Origin: Massalongia carnosa
Lineage: Eukaryota
Assembly (NCBI GenBank): GCA_965645245.1
Contig: OZ287071.1
Coordinates: 620,001 to 684,000 of the forward strand
Direction: 5' to 3'
Length of the DNA stretch: 64,000 nucleotides
Of the stretch, positions 52,155 to 64,000 are shown one piece after another (within the stretch, counting starts at the first letter, position 1; every line of letters starts with the position of its first letter). Made by a program: the position numbers and the translations under genes. Under the pieces are notes generated by a model, which was not told where the DNA came from, made no database searches, and worked only from the letters and a program-made list of their open reading frames with translations.

Positions 52155-52968
52155 ATGACTTCAACGAAAGAGCGCTCCGAACCGTACGTAACGTGTTTTA
52201 ATCCGCTACGTTTCAACAGCTGGATTGAATATGCTGATCTTATGTTCAGTCTCCGGCTTGGCTCTGTCGCCCCTAACTTCGAAGCGGACACCACAAACGG
52301 TCCTATTAATTTCCACGAATTCATTGGATCCAATTGGGTCGTCCTCTTCTCTCATCCTGAGGACTATACCCCCGTCTGCACCACAGAGCTCGGAGCTTTC
52401 GCAAAGCTCGAGCCAGAATTCACCAAGCGTGGGGTTAAACTAATTGGCCTCTCTGCCAACACGATCGAAAGCCATGGCGGATGGATCAAGGACATTGACG
52501 AGATCTCCGGCAGCAAGCTGAAATTCCCTATCATCGGAGACAAGGAGAGGAAAGTAGCGTATCTCTATGATATGCTGGATCACCAAGATATCACAAACGT
52601 TGACCAGAAGGGGATTGCTTTCACCATTCGCAGCGTATTCATCATCGACCCCAAGAAAACCATCCGTCTGATTCTCTCCTATCCGGCTTCAACCGGTCGC
52701 AATACAGCCGAGGTTTTACGTGTGGTGGATTCACTGCAAACGGGCGATAAGCATAGAGTTACTACTCCTATCAACTGGGTGCCAGGTATGTATAAATATA
52801 TATATTCCGTGCACACAAAAGCTCACCTTATTTGAAGGAGATGATGTTATTGTGCACCCGAGCGTCAAGACTGAGGAAGCCAAGGAGTTGTTCCCTAAGA
52901 TCAACATTGTCAAACCATACTTGAGATTCACGCCACTGCCAAAAGAGAAGACTAGCGCGGCCGTTTAA
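52155..52968 (+). CDS. PRX1: 1-Cys peroxiredoxin (Prx6/Prx1 type), 3 exons
   Basis: FSHPEDYTPVCTTE active site, YPASTGRN, PINWVPGDDV, KPYLRFT. Introns 52184-52249, 52786-52837. Confidence 0.95.
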
Positions 52969-53693
52969 GGGATTTTCTCTGGCCATGACCAATCGCGCCT
53001 CGACGAGCTTACTTAGCTAGTCTCTTGCAAGCACTTTTGTGGGCCTTGGAGCTGAAGACGAGAGGCGTTATGCAGAAGCGATGGATGAATGAAAAGCTGA
53101 TGTTGAGTCAACGGTCCAATCAAGCCAAGAAACTGCTTTTTCGTATACGTAGGACCATCCCCTTCTGTTCCGAAAGTAGTTTAGCACAACCAGATACCCC
53201 ACATCCCGCGTCAGATTACGCTAGGTCTTTTTTGATACTAGTGCAGCGTGTCGAAGAGCGGCGGTAAGAGTTGCCTTGCATGCTTCCAACGCGAAGATGT
53301 CGTTGTCGTCAACATCAATTCGCCCTTGCGCACACACCGGAAGGCGTTCTCCTTTCCTTTGCCTGACTACCGCCGTACTTCGTGTCATCTTGGACCTCTT
53401 TAGCTAGGCTTGCATGACGCAACGGTCTTAGACAGACGTAGGTTCCCGAGAAACATTGGATATCGTTCGCGGATGGGAGGCTCGGAATGACTCGTTCGGG
53501 CAGTGTGGAACATACTTGACCAAAGACAGAGAGGCTGCTTTCCGTGAACTTCGAGTTGCGTCAAGGGTACCTGAGTCTTGCGTGAGTAATTCTTTCCCAA
53601 CTCGAGAGCTCTGCAACATCACTTGCCCTACTCTTTATACTTCTTCGCCCTTATCAATTAGAGCGCGGTCCAGGCAGTGCAATTGAGCTCATT

Positions 53694-56600
53694 ATGATTT
53701 CTTTAGGCGCTCAGCGCTCTGACTGGCCCTACAAGTCTCATGTAGTACCTTCGCACGTTCACTCAGAATTTACCACCGTTCAACCAGTGAAAACTCGGCC
53801 CAAATATCAGGCATTGACGAAACGAGTTCTCTCTGTCGAAGACCCGCAAGGGCGCTTTATCTCCTCACGTCTGGAATCTTCGCTGGAGCTAGAGTTTCGG
53901 TCAAAGACCACTTATGATTTTGGCGAAAGAAATTGTCGACCAAGACATGTTCCCATTGTCATTTCACAAAGCGTTATTGAATCTGTTTTGAAAAGCCTCC
54001 CGGGCCCCCCCAGGTCTCAAAAAAGTGAACGAAAGCACGAGTCTCCCCCAATTTTTCAGGAGGATACGTTTAGGCTTGGCTCCTCGTCGATTCCTACTTC
54101 ACGACCACGGCACATACCCATTGTCATACCTACTTTCGCTCAGCCGCACGGCGTCCTTCTACCTTCACCACTACCCAACCACCGCGCCACCCCCAAGGCA
54201 CCGCCCACAACACCGTATTCATGCAAATTCTTGTTCACCACGATGTCACGCCCTACCACTAGCGGTAGCAGGACTAGTAATCAGGATTCAACCATTTTTG
54301 CACCTTCACCAAACCAGACATACCCCCGACAATCCAAACCAGGTTCAAGCGCATACGCCGCCGACATGAATAGTAGCCAGACCAGTTTGAGTCAGTCGGT
54401 TCACCATGGGCAGGAAAATCCGGATTTCTTGATGAGATTGGCGAGGGCTGGCGAGGTGACGACCTCTTCTGGAGCGACATCGCCCCCCACAGGGCAGCAA
54501 TCGCATTCTACCGGTGGGACTACGAATCTTTCGGGACTTGTTTGCAATGTCCACAAATGTACAGGACGGGAGCCGCATGCGTTGGTAGGCGCGACTACCA
54601 CGATCCTCGGAGATAAACTGTTTGTGTTTGGAGGTCGTGTACTGTCACGGCGGCGACCTCCACTGACTTCGGATCTGTATGAGCTGGATCTGATACGGCG
54701 GCATTGGACAAAGGTCGAGACGTTCGGAGACGTACCACCACCAAGATACTTCCATTCCGTCTGTGCTTTAGGGGACACTAAGTTGATATGCTACGGCGGT
54801 ATGTCTCCGGCTTCTTCACCATCTGCTCAAGCACAAGGGAGTACTGTTCAGCAGCAAGCTGGTGCAATGGAATCGCAGCCCGAAGTTGTCGTGCTATCAG
54901 ACATTCATATCTATGACGCGCCATCGCGGACCTGGACTTATGTACCAACATCCAATACACCGCAAGGACGGTATGCGCATTGTGCAGCTGTCCTGCCTTC
55001 GGCGGCCACTTTCACTTCTGCAAACGCGCCTCTTTCGGCGATACATCATAACCCCTCGTCTGCAAACCCCAACCAAGGAAGTATAGGCGTGGATCTGGAC
55101 GGAACTGGAGGCGCAGAAATGGTAATCGTTGGCGGTCAAGACAGCGCAAATCACTATATTGAACAAGTCAGCGTTTTCAATCTGCGGAGCCTCAAGTGGA
55201 CTGCGACGCACACACTTGGGAGAAGTTGCGGCGCCTACCGAAGTGTAGTTGCACCCCTGACAAATCTACCAGCCGTAAGGATTGGCAAGGGTTCTGAGCA
55301 GGAAGAAGATTCGGAAGAATCTGCGGCGAAAGCAGAGAAATCGCATGCGGATTCTTCAATGCTGATATACTCCAACTACAATTTCTTGGATGTTAAATTA
55401 GAGCTCCAAGTACGCTTATCAGATGGGTCAATGGCCGAGAAGCCGATGAATGGACAGTTTAGCCCCCCTGGTTTGCGCTTTCCGAACGGTGGTGTTCTGG
55501 ACAACCACTTCGTGGTCAGCGGAACCTATTTAACCTCGTCGAAACAAGAATACGCACTCTGGGCGTTAGATCTGGAGACTTTGATTTGGAGCCGTATTGA
55601 TGCCGGCGGGAATATCTTCAGTCAAGGAAGCTGGAACAGAGGCATCTTGTGGTCTCGTAGAAATGTGTTTGTCATTCTCGGGAATCGAAAACGCAGTCTG
55701 GTCGAAGACTACAATCACCGCCGCATCAACTTTTCCAACGTCTGCATGGTGGAACTTGAGGCCTTTGGTCTCTACGATAACCCTCGTCTTATCTCACCGA
55801 CGTCCTCGTACCCATCCATTAGCGCCCCCGTCATTCCTCGTTTTCACTCCCACCTCTCTCACAAATCTTCTGGTGCAGCTGGTCAACCGCTCTCCAATGC
55901 AGCGATCGAGCTCGGCCAAATGGCCATGAATTCTCGGGAGCTTGCCGACATGGATTTCGTGGCCATTGGCGGCGAACGCGTGCCGGTGAACTCGTACCTG
56001 GTGGCGCGCCGGTGGGGCCCGTACTTTGTTCAACTCCTTCGTGAAAGCGCTTCGTCGTCTTTGTCCAATCCCCATGTTCAAAACGACAGCTCGTCCTCCA
56101 AATCAGAATCATGCACTCTTCGGCCTGCTGGCGCCACCCAGTCCGTCACTTCGCGCAATTCGAGCATCACCATTACCCCTGGCGTCAGTAACACCAATTC
56201 TACGGGTGCCTCCTCTCTTTCTGCTCCATCCAACAATACAAATACCCCTGTTACCACATCTCTCGACCCTCCCAGCGCAATTTCCCTTGCCCCTAGCTCT
56301 CGCCCCCGTGCTTTGTACCTTCCCCATACAGTACTCACAATCCGCGCTCTCGTACATTACTTCTACACGGCTTCCCTGCCCCCACAAAACCACCCCCTCT
56401 GCACCCCGCAGATTCTTTGCTCCCTCCTCCAAATATCGCGCCCGTATCGTGTTGACGGTCTTCTAGAAGCTGTCGTCGAACGCCTCCACGAAGTATTGGA
56501 CGGAAGGAACGCGGCAGCCGTATTCAACGCAGCCGCTATGGCAGCGGGTGGCGGGAGGGGCACAGGTACCTTGTTCGGTCGTGAAGATGAAACCTTTCGG

Positions 56601-56981
56601 TTTGAGGAGGAAGAGGAGCTGGAGGAGGAAGCAAACGAACAGATTCGTGCGGGCGCCATGCGTAACAGCGGAGGGAGCCACCAGAGGCCAACGCCGCGGC
56701 CCGGAGCGGACAGCAGGGATGAATCGGAAAGCGAGGATGAGGACGCACGAAGCGAGCTGAGCGGAAGCACAATGAGCAGTGTGGCTGATAGCGAGCTCAT
56801 TGGCAGCAGCGCGGATGGCACGCAGGATGGAGTGGAGGAGGGGGATGAGGTGTGGGGTGGTGGGGTCAGCTGCGTGGTGGGGTTGCAGAAGAGGGGACTT
56901 AGGGGTCTGATGGAGGGGAGGAGAATGAGGGAGAGGGGGAAGAGTGGAGCCGTTAATGGGGTTGGCTTGGGGATTGCTTGA
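53694..56981 (+). CDS. Kelch-repeat / BTB protein, Ral2/Mds3-like
   Basis: Single 1095-aa ORF. Kelch motifs (LFVFGG, PPPRYFHS, GRYAHCA, VIVGGQ), BTB-like LADMDF...VARRWGPYF...ALVHYFYT, C-terminal GLQKRGLRGLMEGRR. The family-like part starts near ATG 54243. Confidence 0.9.
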   Translation: MISLGAQRSDWPYKSHVVPSHVHSEFTTVQPVKTRPKYQALTKRVLSVEDPQGRFISSRLESSLELEFRSKTTYDFGERNCRPRHVPIVISQSVIESVLKSLPGPPRSQKSERKHESPPIFQEDTFRLGSSSIPTSRPRHIPIVIPTFAQPHGVLLPSPLPNHRATPKAPPTTPYSCKFLFTTMSRPTTSGSRTSNQDSTIFAPSPNQTYPRQSKPGSSAYAADMNSSQTSLSQSVHHGQENPDFLMRLARAGEVTTSSGATSPPTGQQSHSTGGTTNLSGLVCNVHKCTGREPHALVGATTTILGDKLFVFGGRVLSRRRPPLTSDLYELDLIRRHWTKVETFGDVPPPRYFHSVCALGDTKLICYGGMSPASSPSAQAQGSTVQQQAGAMESQPEVVVLSDIHIYDAPSRTWTYVPTSNTPQGRYAHCAAVLPSAATFTSANAPLSAIHHNPSSANPNQGSIGVDLDGTGGAEMVIVGGQDSANHYIEQVSVFNLRSLKWTATHTLGRSCGAYRSVVAPLTNLPAVRIGKGSEQEEDSEESAAKAEKSHADSSMLIYSNYNFLDVKLELQVRLSDGSMAEKPMNGQFSPPGLRFPNGGVLDNHFVVSGTYLTSSKQEYALWALDLETLIWSRIDAGGNIFSQGSWNRGILWSRRNVFVILGNRKRSLVEDYNHRRINFSNVCMVELEAFGLYDNPRLISPTSSYPSISAPVIPRFHSHLSHKSSGAAGQPLSNAAIELGQMAMNSRELADMDFVAIGGERVPVNSYLVARRWGPYFVQLLRESASSSLSNPHVQNDSSSSKSESCTLRPAGATQSVTSRNSSITITPGVSNTNSTGASSLSAPSNNTNTPVTTSLDPPSAISLAPSSRPRALYLPHTVLTIRALVHYFYTASLPPQNHPLCTPQILCSLLQISRPYRVDGLLEAVVERLHEVLDGRNAAAVFNAAAMAAGGGRGTGTLFGREDETFRFEEEEELEEEANEQIRAGAMRNSGGSHQRPTPRPGADSRDESESEDEDARSELSGSTMSSVADSELIGSSADGTQDGVEEGDEVWGGGVSCVVGLQKRGLRGLMEGRRMRERGKSGAVNGVGLGIA

Positions 56982-57848
56982 GCCCGGTGCCTATTTTTTT
57001 TTTTTGCTGGGGGGTTTGGGGGGCTTGAAGGTTTTGGACGGAGGGTGTCTAGGATTTTTTGTGGATTATTGATAACGACGGGGTTCCGGGCGGGTAGATG
57101 GTGTTTTCTTGGGAGAGTTTCTATGGCCGGGATAGGATGGGAATGGGATGCGCGGAACTGGTATTGATGATTAGGGGGCCCCGGAGGAAAGGAGGGTTTA
57201 TATAGGAAGGTGAGTGAAAGTTTTTTTTGGGGGGAGGGGGTTTGGTAGGAAATCTTTTTAGGTCGATTGATCGATCGATCGATCGTCGTATATATTTGCT
57301 TTGCTCAAGAGTAGACTGTCAGTGATTTAATCGCCTGTTCGTGTTCAGCGACCCCCCTCCCCTTTTTGGGGGGGGGGGGGTAAGAGCTAGGTATGTAAGT
57401 AAATCGTCAAGCAAGTTTACCATTACCACTACTACTTGTCGGTAGATTTAGCTAGCTGGCTATGTAGCTAGCTTTGGTGGTGTGTGGCGGTTTGTGGGAC
57501 TGGGTTGGGGGGAAAGGAGGACGGCTGGAAATAAGAGGTTTAGCTGATCGGTACGGAGTAAGTGTATAGTTAACTAGTGGCGAGAAATCATACTCGTCGA
57601 AGCAAGCCATTCATATATTCATCCGTTTGTTCGTCACTCGAAGAAAACGAACAAAGCGCCCAGTCTCCCCCGCTCTCCAGGCTCCCCGGTGTTCGTTTCA
57701 TACCTGTATCGTTCATCACCCCCGCTAGTTTTCCACATAGATACATCAAGAAAATAATCAACCTCCCAAGCCATTTTTCCTTGCCTGCAAAACTTCCCAC
57801 ATGAGTCTCTTTCCACCTCCCCCCCCCCTTACTCCCTTTCTTGTCCCC

Positions 57849-58575
57849 CTACCCCATCTTCGCCTTCGAAAAGTCCATCTCGGGATGCTGTTCCTGGAAC
57901 TTGCGCAACATGTCTGCCTTGCGCGTATCGTCACTCGTCGGCCGCCCCAGCTCCTTCTGCCGCTGATCCCACATCATCTTCTCGACCATGCCGCGCGTCT
58001 CGCCGTCCAGGTCGCCCAGCTTGCTGTTCTCGGGCGTGATTTTCGCTGTGTCGATCGTGTAGGGCGCGTTGGTCACGACCGACGGCCACCATTGCATCTT
58101 GTTGGCTTTGTCGAGGTGGAGGGCGATTTCTTTGGTGGTCGCGGTGGCGGTGGTGGTGAGCGTCCAGGTGGATTCGTCTGCGTGGATAGCGTGCGGGAGG
58201 GGACCCTGGGTTTGGGGGTGGTTGGGTATTAGTGTTTAGAGGCGCGGATGGAAGGGTGGATGTGTATATTAGATATTTGACAATACAATTGGGGGGAGGG
58301 GAATGGCAAAACACCAAACAAATAGAAAAAAAAAATTACTCCCCACGTACATCAATCACCGGCTCCTCCCCCTTCACCCCTACCTTTAAGTGCTCCTTCC
58401 CGATCTCCACCGTGAGGTCCCGCCCACGTAGATTTCCCGCCACTGGCACCGTAATGTCCACGTCGGCGATCGTTTGCGTCCATTTATACGGCAACAGCGC
58501 CTGCTCGGCGGCTTCTTTGGTGCGGGCAGCAGCGTCTTGCTGTTCGCGCTCGGAGGGAGTAGGTGACGTAGACAT
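57849..58575 (-). CDS. nudC: Nuclear movement protein NudC (2 exons)
   Basis: [69 protein letters not shown]. Intron ~58350-58206. Confidence 0.96.
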
Positions 58576-59128
58576 TGTTGCGACGAGGGGATATAGGTTT
58601 TGGCGAGGTTTGGTGGTTTGTTTTTCGGATAGGACGGAGGTGGGGTATGTAAGGCTTCTTTGATAGGGTTGGGGAGGAAGAGGTTTCCGAGATATACGAA
58701 TAATGCTGTGCGAATAATGAGATTCTTTTTGTAGGAAGAGAGAGTGGCTCGAAAGCTGTTTGGACGGTTTTTAGGCTGTAATATTTTTCCGCGGTTGCAG
58801 CGCAAACGGAAAAAAATGCCGGGTGGAGGCGGCGGGACGTTATGTAGTTATGTACTTTTATTTCCCCCCGCTTCCAAACACCACAAAATCCCCAAAAAGC
58901 AACTCGACAAAATAGATGTCTTTTTCATATCACCCTAAACTGTCCTGAATTGAAAGAGTGAACTCGGCGTCGAGATCTTCTTGTAGTCGGATAAACTGGA
59001 AACCCCCGGAATTAAAGGAGCTCAAAAGATTCCTCAATAGCACGTTCTGCCCCTATAAACCCACGAGTCCCGATTGCAAACCCCTTCTCATTTTCCAGTC
59101 CACCTCCCAACCTCCTTGATAGTATGGC

Positions 59129-61370
59129 TCAAATCGCTTCTACCGACCCATCCTGATCCCCACCAACCCTCTCCGCTTGCCCAAGCAGCTCACCTCCGCT
59201 CGCCACAAGTTGCTTCAGGTCCTCTGCGTACCCAATTCGCACCTCAACCGCCCCAACCCCGTATTCTGGCAGAACCCCACGCTGAATATCACGTTCCTTG
59301 GCATAACGAACAGCAACCTCGAGGTCATCCAGAAAGCTGGCCAGTTTTGTGCGCGCTTGCGATTTTTCGTGCGCGGCCTCGAGGTCAGCCTTTTGCTGTG
59401 CGAGGTCCGCCCGCTGGCGCTCTAGAGATTTAAGTTCTGCACGTAGGGTTTTTTCTTCTTTATTAGCACGGCGGACGCGGGCCGTGAGGGCGATGTTGGT
59501 GTCTAGCGTTCGAGTCTGCCAGGTGAAAGGGTTGTTGTTGTTAGGTGACATGTTTGTTTGCAAGAGTTTTTCTTGCTTTACTTGATAAATAGAATTTAGG
59601 ATTTGCAACTCACCAGCTGAATAAGCCGACCATCTAGCTCCTCACCATAAATTTCGATGGTCTTCCGCTTTCGCTGCAAAGCCACTTTCTCAGCTTTATC
59701 CGTCTGGTTCTTCGCCGCTGTACTGATGGAGTCATTGGACTTGAATATCAGCTCGCGGCAGACCTGCGCCAGTACATCGACAGCATTCACGTTGTTATTT
59801 CGGCGAGCTATGAACGGGTCGACACCGGATGCAGGGTCCCCGTTGGCAGATGATATAGCATGACGTGATGATGCGCGGAAGACTGTGATTGGTATCGAGC
59901 TTTTGGGACCCTTCCGCGTGACAGTTGTGGTCTTCTGTTGAGTGGTAGAAGCAGCTTCTGCTTTTCGTTTCCGATTTTCTCGAGCATTGGTAGTGATTGA
60001 AGCTATGGGCATGTCGCTAGGATGAGACAGTTTTGGCCTACCTCTCTTCTTCAAAGCTACTCGTTCTTCTCTTCTTGGTACATGCATGGTATCATGCTCA
60101 GTGTCAACTTCGAGAGTTCTTGGTGTGGCGTTTGGCAGTAACTTTCGGGGTACACCACGGCCTTGAGACGGCTGTTCCTTGAGCAAGTAACTGCCATTGT
60201 TCACACTTGATGTGACAACATTTTGAAGGGCTTTCTTTGGTCTGCCTCTACCTCGCGTCTTGGTATCTATCGAATGGTCATCCGGATCTACTGGTCCAAT
60301 TCCGTTGTTGTTACTAAAGGTGAAAGAGGAAGCTCCCTCAGGCGCTGCTAAGCCGGCGGTTTTGCTTCGAGGCCTCTGTTGTCCAATTGACTTGCGCTTC
60401 TTCCGTCTAGGTTTATTTTCAGCTGGTGACTTCGACAAGATTGCGGTCGAAGTATGATTCTCGGCCTCGGCTCCAGGCTCTCGAGCAGGGCCTTGGGGTA
60501 ATCTTTGCGGCTCGATCGCTGATGTCTCTACCAGCACCTGAGGTGTTTCTTGGATCCTACCACTTTGTGGCTCTGCTAAAGGCCCAGAGTCATGGTCGGC
60601 GGAATCTGGAATCTCCTCCAGATCGCGAAAGAAATTATCGTGAGCCCTTTTTACATCCCCTAACCTAGGTTTCTTCCTAAAATTTTGCCCTATAGATTTT
60701 CGTTTCTTTCTCTTCTTCCCATTTATCCTTAAAGGTACTGTTCGGGGTGTAGTATTGCTGGGGTGTAAGAGGTTATGTTGTTCCTCTTGGATGATGAGTG
60801 GCTTTGCACCCAATACTGGTCCCGGTTCTGTAGAGCTCCTTGCTTCTTCGGCTGATTTTGGGCTTGTCTTACGCTTTTTCGTAGGATTCCCCTCCTCGTC
60901 ATCTTGAGTAGAAAGTGATCCAGGGCCACCGCTTGCATCCGTAATGATACCTTTATATAAAGCGGATGTATTGTCATCCTTTTTCTTCCGGGCTGTAGTT
61001 GACCGTTTTGAGGAGCGTTGGGATTGTAGCTGGGTTGGTTGGGAGGCTTTACGAGCAGAGCGTCTAGGCTGAAGATTCGCTCGAGCTGTTCGTCCAGCTC
61101 TACCGGATTTTTGGGGTTTTACAGGTGACTCTGGAATGACAGGTTGACCTGGTAGATGGAGCTCAAATCCAATGTCCTTGATTTGGCGTGTCCTGCACCC
61201 AAGTCAATGTGGGTGTTAGGAAGAATACCGGCACAGATATTATTACCCAGCCCCCCTTTGGCGCATGAGCAGACGCTCTTGTCGGTCTATAAAGTTTAGT
61301 TTTGGGGTATTCATAGGCGGAATCTCGAATAGAACTCACTACCAGCCAATTCCAACACTTGCATAGCCAT
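59129..61370 (-). CDS. AT-hook protein with a C-terminal coiled coil, probable inner-kinetochore Ame1/CENP-U-like, 4 exons
   Basis: N-terminal RQERLLMRQRGAGTR, AT-hooks RGRGRPKK and KRGRPK, duplicated RKKRKSIGQ, NAVDVLAQVCREL and coiled coil. Last intron 59613-59516. The Ame1 assignment is from recall. Confidence 0.7.
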
Positions 61371-62314
61371 GTCTATTGGAAGACTTCTTGTCTCTTTTTG
61401 TTCGATAAATCGTTGCAAAGTTGCGTCAAGCGCAGTCCCGAACGGCTGTTTTGTCACGTGACTAGTTGCATCACCCAATCTATCTACCTATCCAGAGTAG
61501 TATTACAATATCAAGCACAGTTTTAACACCCGACCCATCCCATGATTGGAATTGCTAAGCTACAGACTATAAGATAAGGTGTGGTCTAATAAAGAGCTTA
61601 CATTGTCGATAGTATTTTAGAATTCAGCGAGAAAGCCACGGTGACATCTTGCATCCTTCTACTTGAGCCGCTCAAGCCGAAGGTTCCTACGAACTCCAAA
61701 ATACCTTCTCTTGAGGCTCAACCTTTGCCCTAAAATAGACGTTCATCTTTCTAGCTTCTTTGGACTAGTATGGATATCTTGCCCTAGCAAGCCAACATTC
61801 GGAAGCCCGCCTCCAACTCCATAAGCCGATGGTGGCTCGTATATTTGACCAACAGTTACTCGTACCATACTTCCCTTCTCAACGCTGGCATGACATCAGT
61901 TTCTATTATGGTGTCACGTTGGTCGTAGAAGACTTTCCTGACATTCTCGAAATGCGTCCCCCACAGATCTGACAGCATTCGCAATGCTTCTTACCTTATG
62001 CCGAGTTTCAAACCCTAAAAGATAATATGAAATTGGATTATCAAGTCTCGCTAACATATCGTGGTTAATGCGCCGAAGAATCAGGTACTTATCGTGGCTT
62101 GACTAATGGTGATTCTATTGTTGCACCGAGATTGGCGAAGCAGTCCAACTTCTGCACATGTTTACGCTCCCTTGGGCTGTACCGCTTTCCCAGGGCCATG
62201 TCCCTTATCTGGCCGTGACATCGTTCATCTTTATTATGTATAAAACAAGAGCCGCTGTACAAGCTTCTCCATTGTATCATTACTCACGCTATTTGAGAAC
62301 TCTGTTCTTTCATC

Positions 62315-62863
62315 ATGTACTCTTCTTCGGGTGACTCTTTTCCAGCTCATCAATATATTCATCCACTTAAGGCGCCGCAAAGGTGCTCGTCGAGGTTCTT
62401 AACATCTATTAAAACCTTGGTACGGCGGCCATTTTTACCGAAGTTACTATTTCCAAGCCAGTTCCAGACAAACAAGAGAGGAGAAATAGGATCACCAATC
62501 TCGCATATTATCGATCCAACACAACAGCCTCGACAATTCAAACTAAAAACTCGCTTGAAGCAGCCTTCCTGGCACCGTCGCCGCCGCAACGTTCCAGTCA
62601 CCAGTATGGCTGACTATCTGACGCTGGCCCAGTTGGAGAACTTCTGGCATCAACAAGAATTCGATAGAGCAGATGTGATGATACCTCGAGCTATTCCAGA
62701 ACAGACTTGTGGACCCTTGGCAAAGCAAAACCGAGGTTGGCAGTTCAATCAGCTCAGCAACATTCATCCGGCTCTTCGGTCAGGATATATTTCTACTCTC
62801 GAGAGAGGGGACGAGTCGAGCACATGCTATCGTTGTTCAGAACTCGCGAGCCGGTGGATATGA
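62315..62863 (+). CDS. Hypothetical protein
   Basis: 182-aa ATG ORF with a MADYLTLAQLENFWHQQE segment and an IHPALR motif that look like conserved fungal hypothetical motifs. Confidence 0.5.
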   Translation: MYSSSGDSFPAHQYIHPLKAPQRCSSRFLTSIKTLVRRPFLPKLLFPSQFQTNKRGEIGSPISHIIDPTQQPRQFKLKTRLKQPSWHRRRRNVPVTSMADYLTLAQLENFWHQQEFDRADVMIPRAIPEQTCGPLAKQNRGWQFNQLSNIHPALRSGYISTLERGDESSTCYRCSELASRWI

Positions 62864-64000
62864 CCGATACTACCAAGGTTATAGAGAGTTCAACGTTGCA
62901 CCACCTATATCTATTTAACGGATATGAATCAGCCGATTCAGTTTACTTCAACCTTCACCCGGACGAATGCTGGGTTGGAGTTGAGTCGGAGAGGTGGTAC
63001 ACGATAGTAGCTCAATCCGTATCCCGCGTCATCTCAATTACCCATCGCCTTCTTCGCAAGAGCAATGGATAGTCACACCTAGCAACAGCATATTAGATAT
63101 ACCGTCGAACCTAATCTTTTCTAAGCAATCCTTGTATTTCATCACCTATCCCAGTCAAGTCATGCACAGATAGGGAGCTTGGAAGGGGGACAAATGCCGT
63201 GGTTAGCGTTTTGAAAGGATCATAATACATCACAGAATGTCAGGCAAATCCAAATCCGCAGTAAACAGGATTGAGGATCTTACGTGAGGACTTAATTTAG
63301 GCTCCTAACCAGTTGTTCGAGTCTACGGGATAAAGGGTAACGATAGAAGGCCCATTTAGGCTAGCCTCATGTTTTACAGGTATACCATTTAGGGTTCGGC
63401 GGCATCAGTGAGGAGAATAAAGTTTCTTGGCCCTTGGCCAACATGAAAATTGGGCCGAGAGCACGATGACTGTGCAGGAAGACTGTGCAGTGGCTTCACC
63501 TGACACCAGTGCCTCAATGCAAGAACAAGGCACTAGACTTACAACACTCAAATAGGATATAGGCACGCGGGTGACAAAATAAATTGCAACGTGTAAGCGA
63601 ATTTACCCCCCCTTTTTTATTCAAATTTTCATCTCATCAACCATCATCTGCATAGCTGATAAAATTCATCTAAATTACATGAGATCAATAACCAGTCATC
63701 GCCCCCTTTGCATCTTTTACCTCTTTCAATCTTTTGGGCATGGATAATACCCTTTCATTGATAAATTCCTGACTGACTCGAGCCCATCCCTCCCTAATCA
63801 GCTGCTCCAAACTTGCATCGTCCCAATGAGGAAATTTACGAACATGCTGCTTTGCGGGCTGCCAGCAATTTTCAATGGAGGCTAGATCAGGAGATAAAGC
63901 ACAATTGAAATAGTGCTCTAAATCGTGATCTAACTTCCACTTTTTGACCGCGTTTCGTGTCTTGCCCGTGCCATGACCAGAGTCTCCATCTTCTTCAAGT

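Overview
Eukaryotic, intron-containing DNA from a filamentous ascomycete (Pezizomycotina; GT..AG introns with CTAAC-type branch sites). It carries 13 recognisable intact genes: DUF3020 protein, OST subunit Swp1/ribophorin II, aldehyde dehydrogenase, N-terminal methyltransferase NTM1, AT-hook/EVE protein, a bZIP factor, lysophospholipase, SDR, DHA1-type MFS, 1-Cys peroxiredoxin, Kelch/BTB Ral2-like protein, NudC and an AT-hook/Ame1-like protein. It also has a few hypothetical genes and an amidase broken by a frameshift and a TGA. The first 7 kb is a decayed zone with a solo-LTR-like insert and CC/GG-depleted patches that do not fit canonical CpA-to-TpA RIP. The bZIP gene sits between two roughly 10 kb gene-poor stretches. 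The most striking structure is a nested retro-insertion: a 5'-truncated LINE (36004-38610) with a 15-bp target-site duplication and an (ATC)n tail. Its 3' UTR contains a 1.8-kb non-coding, hairpin-rich, SINE-like element (36566-38372) with a 9-bp duplication, a tRNA-like head whose T-arm is duplicated, a 59-bp tandem array and an A-rich tail. All calls were made by eye, without database searches.
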